Source: a virus (taxonomy: Duplodnaviria; Caudoviricetes). From it: a stretch of 64,000 bases of DNA. The number at the start of each line of letters is the position of its first letter. Positions within the stretch are counted from its first letter, which is position 1. Of the stretch, positions 60,383 to 64,000 are shown piece after piece. A program made the position numbers and the translations under genes. Under the pieces are notes generated by a model. That model had not been told where the DNA came from and did not search any database. It saw nothing but the letters and a program-made list of their open reading frames with translations. The DNA is taken from the IMG/VR virus record IMGVR_UViG_3300012983_000037, positions 35,870 to 99,869 of that record, one strand, 5' to 3'.

Positions 60383-60643
60383 TTATTTAAGATAGTTTAA
60401 TGGATTCATAACATCTTCTCTAAGCTTTCCTTCAAGAGGGATATTGTATTTCTCACAATACTTAATTATCTCCTCTTGAGTAGCAGGTCCACCATAGTTA
60501 GTAGTACCACTATGGTAATTCTCCTGCATATGCTTTACAAAAGCATTAGCATCTTCTTCATTCTTAAACTGTCTATAAGAGACAGATGGATGCATATCCA
60601 TGTAATCATGTGATATGATCTTAAACCAAGGCATTGAACTCAT
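60383..60643 (-). CDS. Hypothetical early protein
   Basis: 86 aa. Confidence 0.6.
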   Translation of the reverse strand: MSSMPWFKIISHDYMDMHPSVSYRQFKNEEDANAFVKHMQENYHSGTTNYGGPATQEEIIKYCEKYNIPLEGKLREDVMNPLNYLK

Positions 60644-60683
60644 TGTGTTAAATGTTAAATGTTAAATGTTGAATATCTTGTAG

Positions 60684-61148
60684 TTAATACTGTCTGTGTT
60701 TTACAGTTACTGCTGTGGTAGTATTGTATGATGTAGGTGCAACCTTCCAGTATGAGAAATTACCATCATCATTATAGTCAAGCATTGCTACTCTGTGGTT
60801 CATATCATCCCAAGCATAGCACTTATGATAGTGTATATTAACTTTGAGACCATCTAAGTTAACACCCTTCTTATAGTACTTATCTATATATGCACAACCA
60901 TCATATAGCTCTGTAGAAATCTGTTTTACAACATCAGCAAGGTGATATCTAGTGCAGTTAGTACCTACACTTGTAATCTCTACAGTCTTATATATATTAC
61001 AAGTAAAGTCATTAACTTTATATGCACCAATAATGCATACAGTAGTTCTGATTGCATCAAAATCTTCTGAGTTAAGATCCTTGATAATATACTTCAACTC
61101 TTCTACAAACTGCAGTTCTCTGACTGCTTTCAAAATCATATTTTTCAT
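60684..61148 (-). CDS. Hypothetical early protein
   Basis: 154 aa. Confidence 0.6.
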   Translation of the reverse strand: MKNMILKAVRELQFVEELKYIIKDLNSEDFDAIRTTVCIIGAYKVNDFTCNIYKTVEITSVGTNCTRYHLADVVKQISTELYDGCAYIDKYYKKGVNLDGLKVNIHYHKCYAWDDMNHRVAMLDYNDDGNFSYWKVAPTSYNTTTAVTVKHRQY

Positions 61149-61205
61149 GTCTTTTATTGTGTTATAGCCCTCAGCAGGAGCAGATACTGAGGGCTTGGTT
61201 AATAA

Positions 61206-61742
61206 TTAGATTTCAACTTCAAGAGTTAATACATTGTAAGTAGTCTTCACAAGATAGTGCTTACCCTTAGAATACTTCTGTTCATACTTGATGACATTAC
61301 CATCTTCTGTTGTAGATGGTAACTTAAACTTCACTCTAGACTTGTAGTATCTAGCTCCTGGGAACTCCCTTAGTACCCACAGGCACTTCTCAAGTTCCTC
61401 AATTGAATCTTCAGTATGCATAGATTCAAACTGAGTACCTGAGCATACTTCAAGATAGTCAGTCATGTAATACACTCCATCAGGGAGAAGTATCTGCTCT
61501 TTAGACTCTGGAAGTCTAACTGTCTCCTTCTTGTACAGCACAGTTGTAGCAAGCCACTCTACAAGCTCCTTAAAGTTAGACTCATTGTCAACCTTAGGAC
61601 CTGTAACATAACCACAGGTATATCTAACCTTGTGAAGATCTGCTTTGATAGCCTTAAATTCAGCATCAGAAAGGACAGCTGCAAATGACTTCTTCTCAAT
61701 TGCACATGAATGAGTGAGTGTGAAAGTGTAAATCTTTTTCAT
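61206..61742 (-). CDS. Hypothetical early protein
   Basis: 178 aa. Confidence 0.6.
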   Translation of the reverse strand: MKKIYTFTLTHSCAIEKKSFAAVLSDAEFKAIKADLHKVRYTCGYVTGPKVDNESNFKELVEWLATTVLYKKETVRLPESKEQILLPDGVYYMTDYLEVCSGTQFESMHTEDSIEELEKCLWVLREFPGARYYKSRVKFKLPSTTEDGNVIKYEQKYSKGKHYLVKTTYNVLTLEVEI

Positions 61743-61827
61743 AATGATAAATGTTTAAATGTTAGTTGTTATTTGTTGTTTGTAACTCCCTAGATTGACT
61801 AGGGAGTATTTGTTATCTTTAGAGCAG

Positions 61828-62097
61828 TTAGAAAATATGTCCTGGTATGTCAAGTTGAATGCCTAACTCTTTAGCAATCTTTAGCATTATACTACGATAT
61901 TGTTTCTCGTAGTAATACTGTGAAGATGCAATCTTATCAATCTCATTATTATATAGTGCATCAACATCTTCATACGCAATATAGAATAAATCTCTATAAA
62001 CCTTCAAAACCTCAAAGAGCTCTACCTCACGAGGTGAGGCAAACCTAGTAGTGTATTTACCACTACTAGGGTTCCATGTTAAAACCTGCTTTCTCAT
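61828..62097 (-). CDS. Hypothetical early protein
   Basis: 89 aa. Confidence 0.6.
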   Translation of the reverse strand: MRKQVLTWNPSSGKYTTRFASPREVELFEVLKVYRDLFYIAYEDVDALYNNEIDKIASSQYYYEKQYRSIMLKIAKELGIQLDIPGHIF

Positions 62098-62102
62098 TTG
62101 TA

Positions 62103-62351
62103 TTATCTTTTAGAATAATGCTCAAGATATCCAAGACCTAAAGCCTCTCTTGCTTCACAGTACTCTTCCCAAGTATTTCCCTCACACACTGTGTCACCCC
62201 AAGGAATATCGTGATAGTCACACATTTCCTCAATCTCCATAAGGAGTTCTTCTGATGTTCTGATGTACTCTTCATAAAGAGACTTCACATAGATGTTGGC
62301 ACCAATGATGCCTACAACAGCAATAGCTGCAATAATTAAAATCTTTTTCAT
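62103..62351 (-). CDS. Membrane-anchored small protein, WGxTVC family copy 3
   Basis: N-terminal TM, YIRTSEELL...WGDTVCEG...LEHYSK, close to copy 1. Confidence 0.75.
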   Translation of the reverse strand: MKKILIIAAIAVVGIIGANIYVKSLYEEYIRTSEELLMEIEEMCDYHDIPWGDTVCEGNTWEEYCEAREALGLGYLEHYSKR

Positions 62352-62371
62352 TGTGTTTTGTTTTTAAATGG

Positions 62372-62656
62372 TTAATCTGTATATGGTTCACACTTTGTAT
62401 ATTTATAGCCTCCTGTAATTGGCTCTACTGTACAATATCCTGCAAAGTACTCATAGCAATCATTTGGATTCCATTTATCCTTTGTTGGAACATCGTAATT
62501 GAAGAATACTTTCATAAGCTCTAATACATCTTCTGCAGAAGCATCTGTAATTACTTCAGCAACTCTGAATGTATCACCATAGCATCTCTGCTGACCTACA
62601 AAGGTCCACCTTACTTGGAAGGTGAACCCATTCATCTGATACTCTCTAGCGTTCAT
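62372..62656 (-). CDS. Hypothetical early protein
   Basis: Likely start 62656 (MNAREY). Confidence 0.6.
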   Translation of the reverse strand: MNAREYQMNGFTFQVRWTFVGQQRCYGDTFRVAEVITDASAEDVLELMKVFFNYDVPTKDKWNPNDCYEYFAGYCTVEPITGGYKYTKCEPYTD

Positions 62657-62864
62657 TTCTGTCAGCAAAATACTTAATACCTGCAAACATAAGCATGAAT
62701 CCTGCTACATAGAGCATAAATGTGCCAAATCCTCCTATATACTTAGGAAGGAATGAAATACCCTCAATCATTACAGCTACAAAAGCCATAAATGCAAAGA
62801 ATGCTACCATAACTATTATGGTAAGCACAGCTAGTCTAACTAGCTCTTTCATAATTTCTTTCAT
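62646..62864 (-). CDS. Small membrane protein
   Basis: Likely start 62864; two TM helices. Confidence 0.6.
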   Translation of the reverse strand: MKEIMKELVRLAVLTIIVMVAFFAFMAFVAVMIEGISFLPKYIGGFGTFMLYVAGFMLMFAGIKYFADRNER

Positions 62865-62868
62865 AATA

Positions 62869-63342
62869 TTAGTTGTTATAGATGGTGTAACTTGTGCCTT
62901 TTGAGATAAGCCTTCTGATGGCATCTGTAAGTTCATCAAGTGTGGCTTCTTTCAGAAGTATTTCCTTCCTTACTTCCTTCTTACCAAGTGGATACACAGG
63001 CTCTTCTACCTTAGACTCCTTAGATTTATGATCTTGATTATACTTAGATAGTCTCTTAACAGCAGCCTCAAGGATAGATTTTGCCATAGCATATGTTGGC
63101 TCTGATCTATTCATATTCCACCTTGTAAATTCAGCAGTAATTAATCTTCTGCTAACAAGCTCTTCTTTAATGAATTTCTTGTAATTCTTAAACTTAGAAT
63201 CTGCGTTAGAATTCTTAAGGCACTTCTCAAAAGTGCCCTCTTCAAGAGTTCCATCTCTGAATGATAACCTATGGAACTCTGTTAGTGCTGCAAATAGCAC
63301 ATTGCACCTCTCATTGGTGCAGAAAGATTCTCTCTTTTTCAC
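62869..63342 (-). CDS. Hypothetical early protein
   Basis: 157 aa, basic and helical. Confidence 0.6.
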   Translation of the reverse strand: MKKRESFCTNERCNVLFAALTEFHRLSFRDGTLEEGTFEKCLKNSNADSKFKNYKKFIKEELVSRRLITAEFTRWNMNRSEPTYAMAKSILEAAVKRLSKYNQDHKSKESKVEEPVYPLGKKEVRKEILLKEATLDELTDAIRRLISKGTSYTIYNN

Positions 63343-63353
63343 TGTGTTTGTAA

Positions 63354-63593
63354 TTAAATGTTGTAAACTTTAAGGTTTGCCTTCTTACAGTCCTCAAGTG
63401 TAATTGAAGATGCTCCAAGGATCACTTTTACACCCCAAATGATTGTGTAAGGTCTACTATCTTCAGTTGTAATTGAAGATGTTGATTGGCACTGGAGCTT
63501 ATTATACTCCCTTCTGTTGTGAGCAGCCATTTCATCTGCTCTAGAACCTGTATTACTACTAGCAATCAGATTCCTTTGAATTCTTGGTCTCAT
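63354..63593 (-). CDS. Hypothetical early protein
   Basis: 79 aa. Confidence 0.5.
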   Translation of the reverse strand: MRPRIQRNLIASSNTGSRADEMAAHNRREYNKLQCQSTSSITTEDSRPYTIIWGVKVILGASSITLEDCKKANLKVYNI

Positions 63594-63642
63594 TGTTGTA
63601 TGGTAGTTTTATGGTGGGTATTTCTACCCACCTGGTTAATAA

Positions 63643-63948
63643 TTATTTGTATCTTATTACTGATGTAATTATAGCCTCTTTAAGAGCATCTTCCATACAA
63701 GAGAATATTTCATGATGCATCTCATTCTCAAACTTATACTTTGAGAATCTCCTGCCATATCCCTCAATTTGATTACAATCTTTATCAAAGGACTTGGTAA
63801 TTGCATAGGAATCTCCACATGAATCCTCATAGTAATACCTAATGTACCATCTACCAAAGATGTATCTACATGAGATAAATCCCTCTGCACCATCATCATC
63901 ATTGAGAGAAACACTCTTTGGAAGACATGAGTTGTAATGCTTCTCCAT
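63643..63948 (-). CDS. Hypothetical early protein
   Basis: 101 aa. Confidence 0.55.
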   Translation of the reverse strand: MEKHYNSCLPKSVSLNDDDGAEGFISCRYIFGRWYIRYYYEDSCGDSYAITKSFDKDCNQIEGYGRRFSKYKFENEMHHEIFSCMEDALKEAIITSVIRYK

Positions 63949-64000
63949 TCTCTGCTCTTCCTTCCTTCTCTTCTCTTCTTTAGTGAAGTAGATGTGATCT

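Overview
This AT-rich 64 kb window is part of a crAss-like (Crassvirales) phage of Bacteroidota, read in the standard genetic code. Positions 1-13.4 kb (+ strand) hold the end of the tail module and the cargo (ejection) proteins. These converge, at a bidirectional terminator, on a - strand block of two more giant proteins, one of them the virion RNA polymerase (DFDID motif). Everything from 13.5 kb to the end is on the - strand. It includes ThyX, a GroEL-like chaperonin, thioredoxin, PolA, dUTPase, NrdD/NrdG with an FTR-like gene, nucleases, UDG, a Ubl-E2-JAB-E1 cluster, primase, an AAA ATPase, DnaB-like and SF2 helicases, a Ro60/TROVE gene, an RNA-gene island and small early genes. The main find is at 53.1-55.4 kb. 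The Ro60 gene is flanked by four Y-RNA-like genes that share a bulged stem and a GUU(A)CWUCG motif but carry different inserts: a circularly permuted four-arm tRNA-Thr mimic, an acceptor-less tRNA-Cys mimic, a fully enclosed tRNA-Pro-like module and a non-tRNA insert. Two further ~180-nt structured RNA candidates lie next to them. All calls come from motifs and base-pairing read by eye; no database search or folding program was run.
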